DNA of 63,252 bases, filler included, from Octopus bimaculoides (GCF_001194135.2; 8 parts of 7 records of this genome joined end to end with filler, not necessarily neighbours in it), one strand, 5' to 3'; positions 39,155 to 51,800 are shown, counted from the whole stretch's first letter. Program-made: numbers and translations. Notes: a model not told the origin generated them from the sequence alone.

Positions 39155-39369
39155 GTAAGAGATAAAAATCATCCGCTTTGGAATTATGATCTTGTGGTCC
39201 TCTACATGTAGGCTGTCGTGACTGGTGTTTAGGGCTAAGTTACCCCATGTTAATCATAATCATCATCATCGTTGAACGTTCATTTTCATGGTTTGGACAG
39301 TTTGACAGGGTTCAGTGAGCTGGGGTTGTGTTACCCCATGTTTGTGGTGTACCCTTTGTTGTTATGGTG

Positions 39370-39730
39370 GTATAGTTAGGGCTAAATTAACCCTAAGTTT
39401 GTGTTGCCTGTATATTTTGTTGCTAAGTTATCTCCATGTTAGTTGTGTATGTATATTTAGGGCTAAGTTACCCCATGTTAATGGTGTCTGCATATTTAGA
39501 ACTAAGTTACCCCATGTTAGTGGTGTCTGTGTATTTAGGGCTAACTTACTCCATATTTGTCATGTCTGTATATTTAGGGCTAAGTTACCCCATATTAGTG
39601 GTGTCTGCATATTTAGGGTTAAATTATCTCATGCTAGTGGTATCTGCATATTTAGGGCTAAGCAAGCCACATTTTAGTGGTGTCTGCATATTTAGGGCTA
39701 AATTACTCCATATTAGCAGTGTCTCTGTAT
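39370..39730. repeat. 39-bp intronic minisatellite (about 8-9 units)
   Basis: Unit gggctaagttaccccatgttagtggtgtctgcatattta; an isolated unit lies at about 39225-39260. Confidence 0.9.
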
Positions 39731-39937
39731 CCATCTCTGCTCCAGCATGGCCACAGTCTAATGACTGAAACAAGTTAAAGATCAAAGATAAAGTTGCATT
39801 TTATTTATTGCTTCTTTCCATTCCACTTTTTTTTTTTNNNNNNNNNNNNNNNNNNNNNNNNNNNNNNNNNNNNNNNNNNNNTTAATTAATTAANNNNNNN
39901 NNNNNNNNNNNNNNNNNNNNNNNNNNNNNNNNNNNNN

Positions 39938-40277
39938 TTGGAAGAGCCCTGCTTCTCACATGGACAACTGTATGTTGGCTGCTCAAGAGTGGGCAGCAAC
40001 AAAAAACCTATTTGTATATGCTCCACAAGGGAAAACAAGGAACATAGTTTACAATGAGGTGTTATAATCACAACAGCAAGAAAGTATGTACATGATCACC
40101 TTCTTTTACGAAACTTCATTGACTTTCATATATTTATATTGATATACATATATATACGTGTGTTTGGGTGCGTGTGTGTATATACATCTCTATATATAAA
40201 GATGATGCGTAGTCCAGACGGCGTTTTTAGATTTCATTATTCTCTTTAACCCGGGCAACGCCGGGTATTTCTGCTAG
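39938..40277 (+). mobile_element. 3' end of a Helitron (helicase C-terminus, subterminal hairpin, CTAG terminus)
   Basis: LEEPCFSHGQLYVGCSRVG then, after a 1-nt frameshift, LFVYAPQGKTRNIVYNEVL* (stop 40065-67). Hairpin CCCGGGCAACGCCGGG at 40250-40265 and CTAG at 40274-77 followed by T. Confidence 0.9.
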
Positions 40278-40609
40278 TTATATATAAAGCTATAGCTTTA
40301 TTAAGTTTGTCCAGTGTTGCCTCTCTTAGGCACATCTTAGAATTATTTGTGCTGCTGTTATACTGAGTGAGCTTTTACCTGTTTTTGCTATTGTTAACTC
40401 TTGTTATTGTTTGTTATAGGATCTGTTGAAATGAAATTTGAACTTCGGAAGTCGCGCGAGGAGTTGTTTTTTTCGCCCTGCGGGGCGGAAAGATTATTAT
40501 TTCTACTATTGTGGATTATTTTGTGTAGTGAAAAATTATTTGCTGAACTGTTTTCCCGTTCAGGAAAAATTAATCTTTCTTCTCAAGACGTCTGTTCTGT
40601 GTGAGTTTA

Positions 40610-43600
40610 ATCATGGAAGATGGGATGGCATCTCGACTTCAATTCCTTCTATGTAACATTGACTTCACCCTGCAAAAGGAAAAAAAAAAGCCCGTCTCAA
40701 CAAGTCCAACAGGTAAACCTACAAGGATACAGGGATGTGATGAAGGATAGGAGCTTTTCAGCCGCCGTAGGTGGACAATTTCAAGGCATAGATGTCACAA
40801 AAGGGTAACTATTCAAGCACAGGAACCTAATTAATAGAAATGGAAATGAAACTAGACTTAGCAGTAAAAAGTGTGACTTAGAAAATTTATAATAGAAAAG
40901 AATCTGAAAAACGAAACAGTCGAGAAGTGTCTTACACCAATATGGAATAAAATAAAATACGTAGGGAGGGGGCCTCGAAACGCTAATGTTGAGGCGCAAT
41001 TCGAAAACGAAGATATAACTAAAGAAATATCAACGCTAACTCTGAAAACAGAGGAAATTTTACTACTGCCCACGTACCTCGGCCGGAGGACAACTAAAAT
41101 CTTAAAATCATAATAGAAGAAATTCCGGCCGGGCACGACGTGCAGTGGCTAGCAGCGGCATTAACATGACGTGGAGGACGAGATTAATATTCTGTCAATG
41201 AAAAATAGAGAGGCTCGAAATTGGAAGGGGCAAGCCCTTGAATTACTTGTTCAAGCCTTCAATGAAATATTGGAAACGAGGCCAGGTAGGATTATCATAG
41301 GAGAGAGACTGAGTGCAAGAGTCTCGGTGGAGGGACGTCGGCCAAGATGTTTCTAATGCGGTGAAAAGGGCCACGTCCACACTTAATGTGAAAAAGTAAA
41401 ACCGACACAAAAGCTGAAGTCCCTCCCCCAAAACTGCCAAAAGAACCACAGCAAATAAGGAAAGAACTCAACAAGTGAATGAAGCTGCCAAAACCGAGAA
41501 AGAAAAAGAAAATACAAAAGAAAAAGCAAAAGAAAAACAAAAAGTCGATACAACAGTGGAAGCAACAAGATTTGAAGCTATGGGCTTTGCGGTGGTGTCG
41601 CACAAGCGGAAAAAATCCTTTGCCCCTGACTCCCCTCGCCTTACACGAAAACAAAAGGAATCATTAAAAGGCACTAAGAAAAAAAACTAACCACGTCCAC
41701 CTCCAAATTGAAACCCACCCCTAAACCTTTGCATACACATAGTAAAAAAATTGTGTCATACAACATTAAAAATGAAGTTCTGCACCAACTAATAACTAAG
41801 AAAAATATGCTGTTTTTTGGACCGATTCAAGCCACATTTGCAGCTTGCAAGAATGTACGCTGTACATTACGAACAGTTTAAAGAACGTTATGCTGAGGAC
41901 ATCTTTGATATCAGTCATTTTATTGCAAAAGAGAAAAAATGTGTTGGAGCCAACGGCTACACCGGACGAAAAGAAAACAGAATGAGGGGACGACAAAAGT
42001 CTTGAAGCCCCTCCTCAGGAATAAGACGGTAAATGTTTTTAATTTTCTATCATGATGATTAAGTTAGGGCGAATGTAGAGTTAAGTATTTTGGCCAAGGT
42101 GCTAGCGAAAAGGTTGACGGTTGTCGCGGAAGGCACAGACTTGGGCCAACCCTGGCAGGCCCATCCAGGACAATCTTCATCTGTTACGTTACACCTTAGA
42201 CAGGGTGGGTAAAGTTTCCGATAAAGGTGGGGTACTGGTCCACTTGCACAAAATAAATCGTTCGATAGGGTTGATTATCGATACTTGGCGGCAGTCCTTG
42301 ATGCTGCAGGGCTGGGCCCAGATTTTTGCGGCTGGATAAAGGCCATTTACGGTGGCATCAAATCCACAGTTCAGGTGAACGGTTACCTGTCGGAGCCGTT
42401 CGAGATCTGGTATTCAGTTCTTCAATGGTGCCCCCTGTCTCCTCTTCTGTGTGTATTGACTCTTGAGCCATTGCTGCGCAAGTTGGAGAATTTGGGAAGC
42501 ACCTCGAATTAAATTGGAAGTGGTAAGAGTGTCTGCGTACGCAGAGGACGTCACCATCACTGTATCCAAGATGAATCAGTTACCTCGTGTGGCTGAGGCA
42601 ATCAGAATATACGAGACAGTGGCAGGAGCAAAAGTGAACAAGGACAAGTCCATTGGTTTGCGGCTCGTCACCTGGAGCAGCAAGCCGATAATGTCTAGTG
42701 TCGTTGGTCACTGGATGGATGGTTCTGTAAAGTTGCTTAGTATTTGATTTGGCCCAGGCTACCAGATGGAGAAGAATTGGAGTGAGGTGATGAGGAAGGT
42801 AGAGACGCTAACCCGGATTTCGTCTGGGAGGGTACTCTCTTGAAAGGAAGGGTGGAGGTGATACAGACGTTTATTGCGTCAGTTATCACCTACCGCCTGA
42901 CCGTCGTCTGTTGCCCTAAACAAGCTTGTTCGAATTCTCTTCCGTTTTTTGTGGAGGGGAAAGCCGCTTGTGAGACGCTCCGTGAGCTGTCAAGAACCGT
43001 TCAAGGGTGGCCTAGAGATGCCTTGTTTGCTGATGTGCAGGGATGCACTGAGACTAAAGCATCTCTGGTTTTACCTGAATTGTGGTAAGGTATGGAATTT
43101 GCCCGCAGGGGAGTTCTTCCGACGACCCGCTTCCTTGGAGGAATTCAAAACCAGTTTTAATAAAAGACTAAAAACGACTGAATGGCAAAAGGAATGCGGG
43201 CAGGTACTTGCGCTAATCCACAAGGTGGGTAAGACCGGCTGTNNNNNNNNNNTTTTAATAAAATACTAAAAACGACTGAATGGCAAAAGGAATGCGGGCA
43301 GGTACTTGCGCTAATCTACAAGGTGGGTAAGACCGGCTGTGGGAATACCACTGCTGCATTTTATAAAAAAGTTGGTAGGGTTCAAATGTGACGACATTCT
43401 AGGAGAGACGCTGGGGCTCGATGGGAACCAGCTATCCAACCTGTTTCGGAGCACTTTCGGGTGGGGATATTTGGATAATTACCAAAGTTCCCTAACATGG
43501 CAGTGTTTCAGGAATGCATTACCCGTTTGCGATAAATTGTCTACGCACGGAACTGCAGTGCCACCCGAATGTCCAAGATGTGGGCAGGATAGGGAAACTA

Positions 43601-44110
43601 TCCTGCAGGCTCTTGTACAGTGCAACCACCTTTTGGAGGTCTGGGAAAAATACAGCTATCCGCTTAGTCTGGGTACCCACCGGACTGTCCAAGGAAGGTG
43701 AGGCTTGTTTTCTAGCAGCAGCAGTTATGAAAGAGTGTGCATGGAGAACCAGAAAACAAGGTAAGAAGTCAGGGGTCTTCATCTCCGGCCCTGGAATGCT
43801 TTACTACTTCAGATATCACCTGAAAAGCAAGACAGGGCTGGAGAGGAAGCTCCTATCTAAAAGTATATATGAGAAAAGATTGAAGGATGTGGTAAGGAAG
43901 TTGGGAGTGAGTGTCCCTACTTAATCCACCATGAGCGGAAATAAAGGGTGTAGCCGTTGGAGAGTAGACCAACAAGAAAAAAATGTAAAGGAAATGTCTA
44001 AATTTTTAAATCATATAAATCATCTATTTTTAACTTGATGTTTCTTTTTAATGTTTTGTATTGTCCTGTATTGTCCTTGTGTATCAGATCTTATGATCAT
44101 AGTAAATAAA
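40610..44110 (+). mobile_element. Degenerate L1/Tx1-clade LINE (ORF1 remnant plus RT and C-terminal zinc knuckle; endonuclease not seen)
   Basis: ILAKVLAKRL, GRPIQDNLHLLR, VNGYLSEPF, CPLSPLL, SAYAEDVT, AKVNKDKS and CPRCGQDRETI..ALVQC. K/E-rich ORF1-like fragments at 40620-41690. Boundaries are approximate. Confidence 0.85.
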
Positions 44111-44395
44111 TCTCTCTTAAGCACATCTCATTCTCAACACTAAAAAAACTCGAAAAATCGATGTCTGAGATTCCCGAGAGATGGCGACACTGAACGAATT
44201 GAGTGTTTTCTCGCCTTTTTACCTTAAGAGATATTTTCTCTCCGCAGCAGCTGCAGTCTATTTGCCTCTAGCATTTGAAATATGACAAACATATCTCAAC
44301 TAACCTAAATTCTGCTCACGCCTAAACACTGTTTGCACATACGTTTCGTTAATATATATATATATATATATATATTGCAACCGATATTGTATATC

Positions 44396-44883
44396 GGGAT
44401 GGTCATATTTTTCGTTTTTGTCCCAAAATAAACACATGCACTATATATTTTTTCTTCACTCGTTTATTATTGTTCTTATTTATTATTTTAATTCATGTCT
44501 ATTGTCCGAAAGTCTTTCGTCACACATATGTGAATTCTTCAGTGACACTTTTCGTTTTCATGTGTGTTTTTGCTACACTTACACCATTTTGTTCTTTTAA
44601 GGTGTGAATACTTATCTGTGCATGCGTTTGTGTCCTTGTTTCATTGCCTGTGTGGACACAAATGCATCCGCACATAGGAATACACACCTCAGAAGAACAA
44701 AATGGAGTAAGTGGAGCAAGAAAATGTTTTTTTAAATCGCCGAAGATGTCTAATATGTCTGATGAAAGATTTCCGGACAATAGACATGAACTAAAATAAT
44801 AAAGCACGAACAGTAATAAACGAGTGCAAATAAAATATATAGTGCGTGTGTTTATTTGGCTAAACGAACAAAAAGCCCATCCC
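44396..44883. mobile_element. Old foldback/MITE with diverged inverted arms of about 130 bp
   Basis: cactatatat...ctcgtttatta...catgtctattgtccg (44443-44515) is inverted with cggacaatagacatg...taataaacgag...atatatagtg (44775-44845); GGGATGG/CCATCCC ends. Confidence 0.6.
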
Positions 44884-45839
44884 TAAATACGACAATATGT
44901 GCGTGGGTGTGTGCATAAATTCTTACGTACACATATACATATATACACTCATCTGTGGTGTTATGTGTACTTCAACGAGATAATAATGAATTCCTTCCCG
45001 ATTTCGTCAAATGTTGAAAATTTCATAACTGAAGCCCTGTTTATAGAATCATTGAAGTAGGAAATATACTGGTTATGAGTGCTATTGATATCTAGGTTAT
45101 CTACAATTACAAGACTTAAATATTGCTTGAAGATAGGAAATGAGAACTCGTCAGACGGAACAACAGTATTTTTCATAATTCCAATGTTAATCTCATCGTC
45201 AAATATTGTTGATGAAAGAACGTCAAGTGCAATCTAAGTAGGTGACGACTGATATAAATTAACCCTATTATTGTTGCATCAATGCTGAGTGTGATTCGTT
45301 ATGCGTTGCTTTACAGTACCTTGATTAATTCCTATTGGATCACATTGCTACAAAGGAACAATAGTTCCGCCATCCGTCCTTTTCATCTATAATCCGTGCA
45401 AGGATATTGATATGAGAGATAAATACTGTTCTTAGTAAGCTTTAGTTATAAAGAAAAGAAATCTGTTGTAGGGTGAAATTTTACTAGAATTTTATCATCT
45501 ATATTTAGAAATTCCACAATACATATATTTATATACAAAGATGTTCTACTGCATTTAAATAATTTTAATTTTCATGCTGAGAATTCTGGAAATATCATTT
45601 AATATCTACATTGTTAAGGACTGTCAGTATTTATACCGGAAGTTTGTTTGAAAAGGTCATTACCTAATTGTCAAAGAGTTATGCTAGAGCTGTTAAGTAC
45701 TGTATGTATTAATTTCAAACTCTCTCATTAACAACTGCGTTGTTTTTTGCAGGTAAACTGATATAGGAGCTTTCAAAGAAAACTTCAGAAGTAACCCGCA
45801 GCGCCTTCTCTTGAGTATTGACACACATTAGTATCCTTG

Positions 45840-46395
45840 CCTTATGAAGTACACGCAGAGACGTATTAGCCCTCAATGACATTCATTCTAGCATGGCGGC
45901 TGCTATAGACGATGAGGATCCAACTTTATCAAAAGTGCAACAGCTGAATTTAGGAGAAGAATGAAGAGTCTTGAAGATGACAAAGGGTTTAAACGTCATG
46001 CATGCCCCCACAGAGGAAAACATTGATCGTCTTCATCACAGTGTTGGATTATAAGCAACTGATTATAAATTAAATGGGCAGTGTTATTACTATATCCCGT
46101 GAGAGGGTTATGAATATTCTGAACCAAAAACTTAGCATGATGGGTGTCGCTGCTCAGCGGTGCCACGTTTTCTGACACTTGGTCAAAAGTACAACAGCCG
46201 GATCTCAAGGGAAATCTGACATTACTTGAGATAGATGCAGCTGGTTCGTGGGAGGTTTCCTGACCCAAGGTGCATGTTTGGTTCCTCACTTCGAACCAGA
46301 AACAAAGTGACAATCCACGCAATAGAAACACTTCTCCTCACCTGCTCCAAGAAGGCGTAGGTCGTTTCCTCTGCAGGTAACGTGATGGCCTTAAT
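45840..46395 (+). pseudogene. Mariner transposase fragment
   Basis: Broken-frame motifs SLEDD, EENIDRLH, V.NILNQKL.M, (WV)PRFLT.GQK, HFEPETK.QS, SSPAPKKA.V.SSAG.VMA. No TIRs were recognised. Confidence 0.8.
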
Positions 46396-47114
46396 ACTAC
46401 AGTAAATACTAAAATCTTATTTATGTAATAAGATGCTCGGGCTGCCACAAGAACTACTTAGGGTCCACAGGATTATCGCTCAGACGTAGATGCACTCTGC
46501 ACCGCCAGCAGATTGCACACCCAGAACACCGAATGATACCTTTTAGTGATCATATTGAGAAATGCGCAAAACAAATGCTACCACAATTTATAATCTTTCC
46601 TTTTTATCAATGTGCCATTAAAACACCAACACAGATTAGATTAAATAAGGAAACCTTTTTCATTCAAAACTACAAACCCAAACTTAATCATTGCTAACAC
46701 ATTTAAATAAGGAAATTCATCACCCCACTGAGGAAAAAAAGGGGGGAAAAATATAGAACAAAACCATGGTAAATTAATCAAATTCTACCACCTCCTAGAT
46801 TTCAATTATCTCCCCTATACCGAAATNNNNNNNNNNNNNNNNNNNNNNNNNNNNNNNNNNNNNNNNNNNNTTAATTAATTAANNNNNNNNNNNNNNNNNN
46901 NNNNNNNNNNNNNNNNNNNNNNNNNNAAACAAATACGCCTACTCCCCCACCACCACCCGGACCCCAGAAAAAAAACTCACACAAAAACAACAAAATTTAA
47001 CAGACTTGGAAAGTATAATAGATGTGAAAATTAAACAGACAGCGCATCAAGTATAAAGATTTGTACTTGCACAATGGAAAACACAAAAGCGATTAGTGTT
47101 AGAAACATTAATTT

Positions 47115-47162
47115 AAAGTAGTAGTAGTAGTAGTGGTGGTGGTGGTGGTGGAGGTGGTGGTG

Positions 47163-47205
<43 letters not shown>

Positions 47206-47206
47206 A
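47115..47206. repeat. Compound (GTA)n(GTG)n(GTA)n microsatellite
   Basis: Seen directly. Confidence 0.95.
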
Positions 47207-47589
47207 TAATAGAAAACGTGTTGGTAGAAAAACAAATAGATAAGAATCCAGTGAAAAGTTATAAATAAAACATTTAGTTGCTCCTTTAAACCGCATGTTG
47301 CTTCCTCTTGTATAAATATTCATAGGTTATATTCTACTTTGTACGTTACTTTTTCCACGCTGGATGAAATAAATACATAACTGACGATGGAGAAGAACAA
47401 ATATTATGTATTAAAGGAAGTTATATCAAAGAGAGTGAGAGAAAATTGAAAGGAATGTCATGGGAGAATTGAAGAATTGCAACAGTTATGTGGGTAGTAA
47501 AATACGTATTTATACATGTATGTATGTATGTATGTATGTATGTATGTATGTATGTATGTGTGTATGTATGTACGTACGTATGTATATAT

Positions 47590-47800
47590 GTATTATTTTA
47601 TTCTTGTACTTGCGGCCACGCAGAAGCACCGCTTTGAAGGGTTTTAGTTTAACAGATCTACTCGAGGACTTGTTTTTTAAAGCCTAGTACTTATTCTATC
47701 GGTCTGTTAGGCCGAACCGCTAATGTTACGGGGGAGTTAAACACACTTATACAAATAGTCAAGCGGTGATAGCGGGGTGGCAAACACAGACACACAGACA
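47590..47800 (-). mobile_element. SINE family A 3' half
   Basis: tgcggccacgcagaagcaccgc...gcctagtacttattctatcgg. Confidence 0.75.
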
Positions 47801-48950
47801 CAGACAGACAGACTGATACACACACACACACATGTATATCACGCTGCCACTTTCGGCCGTTTACGGCCGTTGTCAATACGTATGTATACAATTATGTGCG
47901 TTGACTGCAGCATCAGAGTACTCAGCCAGATTTTTGACCTTGTTGCAAGCCTCACCGGTTCTTCTTCCCAACGTTTTCGGATTCTAGACGTCGAGACAAA
48001 AAAAGGAAAAAAATGATATACTAAGCTCGAAAATGGCCGGAGTGACGCTTATGACACAGTTGCTAAATGCATCATTTAAAACCGTGTATGGTATTTCCGA
48101 CTACACAGCACATGTACATGTTTTTTTTTTACAATTTTAATTGTTTTTAGTGGTGATAAGGTTGTTGTTTACTTTTTCCTCAGGTCAACCATTATTGAGT
48201 AAATTTATTATTGAAGGTATTTCCTCAATGACAATCATATCTCCCTATATATATCTAAGACTATATTATCTGATGTCTCTTCTATCATTTTAAGACGGTA
48301 TGGTCTAGCTTCAAGGAGATTTGGCTGCTATTATCAACAGCTTGAGTAACCACGTAACATCGGCCCGTTTGGTTTGTGCTTCTTTAGACAAATATCTGTT
48401 CTATATAAGATGCTATCCCATTACAGGTAACTTTTCCAGAATATCTGTTGTTCTTCAGAAAAGTTTTTTCGTGACTTTGAATCCTAATTCTCTTTTACAC
48501 AAAAAGAAACCTGGCTTCCAGTCTCTGTCTGTGTCTATAGCTCCAAGACAATTAACCCTCAGCAAGTTCGCGAGCTGAAAATATATTGTATAGGTTGGAG
48601 CAATGAGTAGCGATATTGTTCTATGACATGAAAGTTTTCGTAAACCTGCTTACCTGAGTAGAAATGTCTTTGATAGCGTGCATTTATTGTTGTTGTATAG
48701 CCCTAGATCAGTCATCATCGAGTAGACTTGTGATCAATGTGTGATCAAAGGCATTTTAATTGTAACCTTCGTTACTTTTCGTCTAACCTGAACTATATTG
48801 CCCGAATGTAGGGAACGATCTGAAGAAGGTTTGGTTGACACTTTATATAATCGAACATGCAGATAACAGATGTGAAAAACACGTTGTTTTAAACTCTGTG
48901 CCCCAACCCAAAAGTTGAAGAGAAGCCTAGGTAGTTTCAGCTAATATTAT

Positions 48951-48997
<47 letters not shown>

Positions 48998-49062
48998 ACA
49001 CACACACACACGCACACACGCACACACACACACACACACGTACACACACACAAACATGCGAA

Positions 49063-49300
49063 CTAAGGCGGCGAACTGGCAGAAACGTTAGCACGCCGGG
49101 CGAAATGCTTAGCGGTATTTCGTCTGCCGCTACGTTCTGAGTTCAAATTCCGCCGAGGTCGACTTTGCCTTTCATCCTTTCGGGGTCGATTAAATACGTA
49201 CCAGTTACGCACTGGGGTCGGTATAATCGACTTAATCCGTTTGTCTGTCCTTGTTTGTCCCCTCTGTGTGTAGCCCCTTGTGGGTAGTAAAGAAATAACA
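49063..49300 (+). mobile_element. tRNA-type SINE family B (CpG-intact copy)
   Basis: aaggcggcgaactggcagaaacgttagc...gagttcaaattccgccgaggtcgac. Related copies at about 12438-12655, 14838-15045, 38745-38895 and 62915-63105 (minus). Confidence 0.85.
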
Positions 49301-50197
49301 CATGCAAACACAAACATATATATGTGTATATGCATACATATATATATATATATGTACATATATAAACATACACACATGTGCACACTCACGCATACACGCA
49401 CATATATAGGTATATACATCCATATACATTTTTAATATATTAAGAAACTACCAGTCTTAATACATGATGTCAATAAACTTAACTTGTATATGATTATATA
49501 TTAAACAAATCTCAGTCGATTATATATACACCTTTTATATACACATACATATTTATATATACCCCACAGTTATAATATATATAATATAATGTATATCACG
49601 TTAGTATTTTATTTTCTCTTCAATATATATTTCATTCTATAATGCGTATGACACATTAATATATACGATACCTTTAGTTTTATTACGTGTTATATAGTGG
49701 CGATATCTAAAATTCAAAGACAAATCTAATTACGATAAATCTCTTTTAAGAATTCCTCCCGGACATCATTGATGCCGAGAATAATAATAATATTGAAGTC
49801 AATTATATACATGTATACACACACATACACACACACGCACGCACACGCACATACACACATACACACGCGCACATACGCAAACAAACTCATACATACACAT
49901 ATAACTAAAATATATATTTCTGCATACACACACATGTACATATATGTATGAATGTGTGTGTACGATAGTCTGTATTATGTACGTATGTCGTTTATTTCCA
50001 CCCATGTTATGTTGCTGCACATAGGTATGTCCTGTTTTCCTTGCAGAATATTAGGGTTTCTTTTTTTCTTTCTAAGTAAAATAATTGTTAGCCTCATCGC
50101 AAAACTTTCTAAATTCCTGAAAAAGGGAGGAAGTGAACGAGTAGTTCATCAATGGTCCTTCTGAGAGAGAGAGGAGCGGAGAGAAAGACACCGACAC

Positions 50198-50272
<75 letters not shown>

Positions 50273-50644
50273 GTAAGAGAAAGACAAAAGGAAGGAGAGA
50301 GAAACAGAGAGAAATGGAGGGGAAGAGAGACAAATTTCACACAATACTTACTTGATACTTTAGTTACCGAACTCACAAATAAGAAATGGAGAAGTGGTTT
50401 CACACACACTCACATATGCTTTACAATAGATTTTCTGTTTTGCTGTCTTTCTGGAATCGATGGTTTCGTACTGACGAAAATCACTTTTTATTTAAAGGGA
50501 TTCGTAACAGAGACGACACCGGATTTTAAATCTCGTGAATTACAAAAACTTCATTACAAGTTTTCTTTATGCAGCTCACCGGTGTTGAGTGCTCTCCACT
50601 AACTTCGTTACTAACGTGAGTATCAAAAAAGGGTAAAGAAACCC

Positions 50645-50972
50645 TTCGGTCATGACTGACCATGAGATTGTACCTTGAAAGTTACACCTCTGAGGCACAA
50701 TTCCGGGAAAAGGTTATTTATGGAAGACCAGCAGTCGCCCATGCATACCGGCCTTCTCTCTCCCCGGCACCGATGTTATCCAAGGGAAAGTTAGAAGACG
50801 ATACCTCTTGACACCAGTGACGTCGCAACTCATTTCTACAGCTGAGTGAACCAGAACAACGTGAAATAGTATCTTGGTCAAGAACACAACACAACACATA
50901 GCTCTGTCCGGGAATTGAACTCACCACTGTCACATGATTGTGAGATACTCTAGCCACTTAGCCATTCACCTT
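50645..50972 (-). mobile_element. tRNA-type SINE family C
   Basis: Minus-strand tRNA-like head (gtggctagagt...gagttcaattccc) then gtgttcttgaccaagata...cactcagctgtagaaatgag. Head fragments also occur at about 36245-36375 and 38305-38440. Confidence 0.75.
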
Positions 50973-51017
50973 TACAACGTGTATATATGTATATATATAT
51001 ATAAACATATATATGTA

Positions 51018-51056
<39 letters not shown>

Positions 51057-51178
51057 NNNNNNNNNNNNNNNNNNNNNNNNNNNNNNNNNNNNNNNNNNNN
51101 TTAATTAATTAANNNNNNNNNNNNNNNNNNNNNNNNNNNNNNNNNNNNNNNNNNNNATATATATATATATATATATAT

Positions 51179-51209
<31 letters not shown>

Positions 51210-51319
51210 TAGAGAGAGAGAGAAAGAGAGAGAGGTTATGAGTGGTAGTGGTGTCAATTAGACCCAGAGGTTTCAGGTAATGCTGAGTAAGTGCTATAGA
51301 TAGACCATAGTTAAGCTCC

Positions 51320-51800
51320 AGGCTCGGTGATTATGCGAATAAGGGGTTCAATGTAGTTCATATCTCAGTGTGTGAATATAAGGATCTACTTTCCGTAATG
51401 AGATAAAAAACCAAGGCTGTGCATATTTTAGAACATTTATAAATAGAAGGTCTTACAGCTGTTTCCAGGATATTTGCTATATCCCTTCATCAGAGACGGT
51501 GTGAGAGGATAGTTAAACAATAGTTAGTTTAGTTAAGATAGGAAATAGAGAATGAATGTAGGGAATATTGTATTTGTAAATCCATTGTTTAGACAGAATG
51601 GTATACATATAAGATCCCAATACCTTGTGAGTAAAATCCAATAGTCTTTAAGATTGGTCATTGTATTTGTAAATCCATTATTAAGATTCCAATACCCTAT
51701 GAGTAAAATCCAACGGTCTTTGAAATTGGTCATTCCAAACACAGAGTTTATACACAGTGTTAATGAATTGAGGGTTCTGCACTTTAAGCAGAACCCATAT
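51320..51800 (-). mobile_element. Penelope-like element 3' end / pseudo-LTR with internal duplication of about 75 bp
   Basis: Contains a CTGATGA..GAAAC..GTA hammerhead-type motif. Upstream Cys-containing decayed coding-like sequence resembles a PLE C-terminus. Confidence 0.6.
51450..51497 (-). ncRNA. Minimal type I hammerhead ribozyme motif
   Basis: Minus strand GUCU-CUGAUGA-AGGGAUAU[AGCAA]AUAUCCUG-GAAAC[AGCU]GUA-AGAC: all core nucleotides, plus stems I, II and III. Confidence 0.65.

Noticed and set aside
43160-43340. Near-identical direct repeat of about 80 bp inside the L1/Tx1 element
   Set aside because: The copies sit on either side of a 10-N gap (43243-43252), typical of unmerged contig overlap.
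50468-50510. CTGACGA followed by a stem, a possible further hammerhead
   Set aside because: GAAA is replaced by CGTAAC and I could not form stems I and III.
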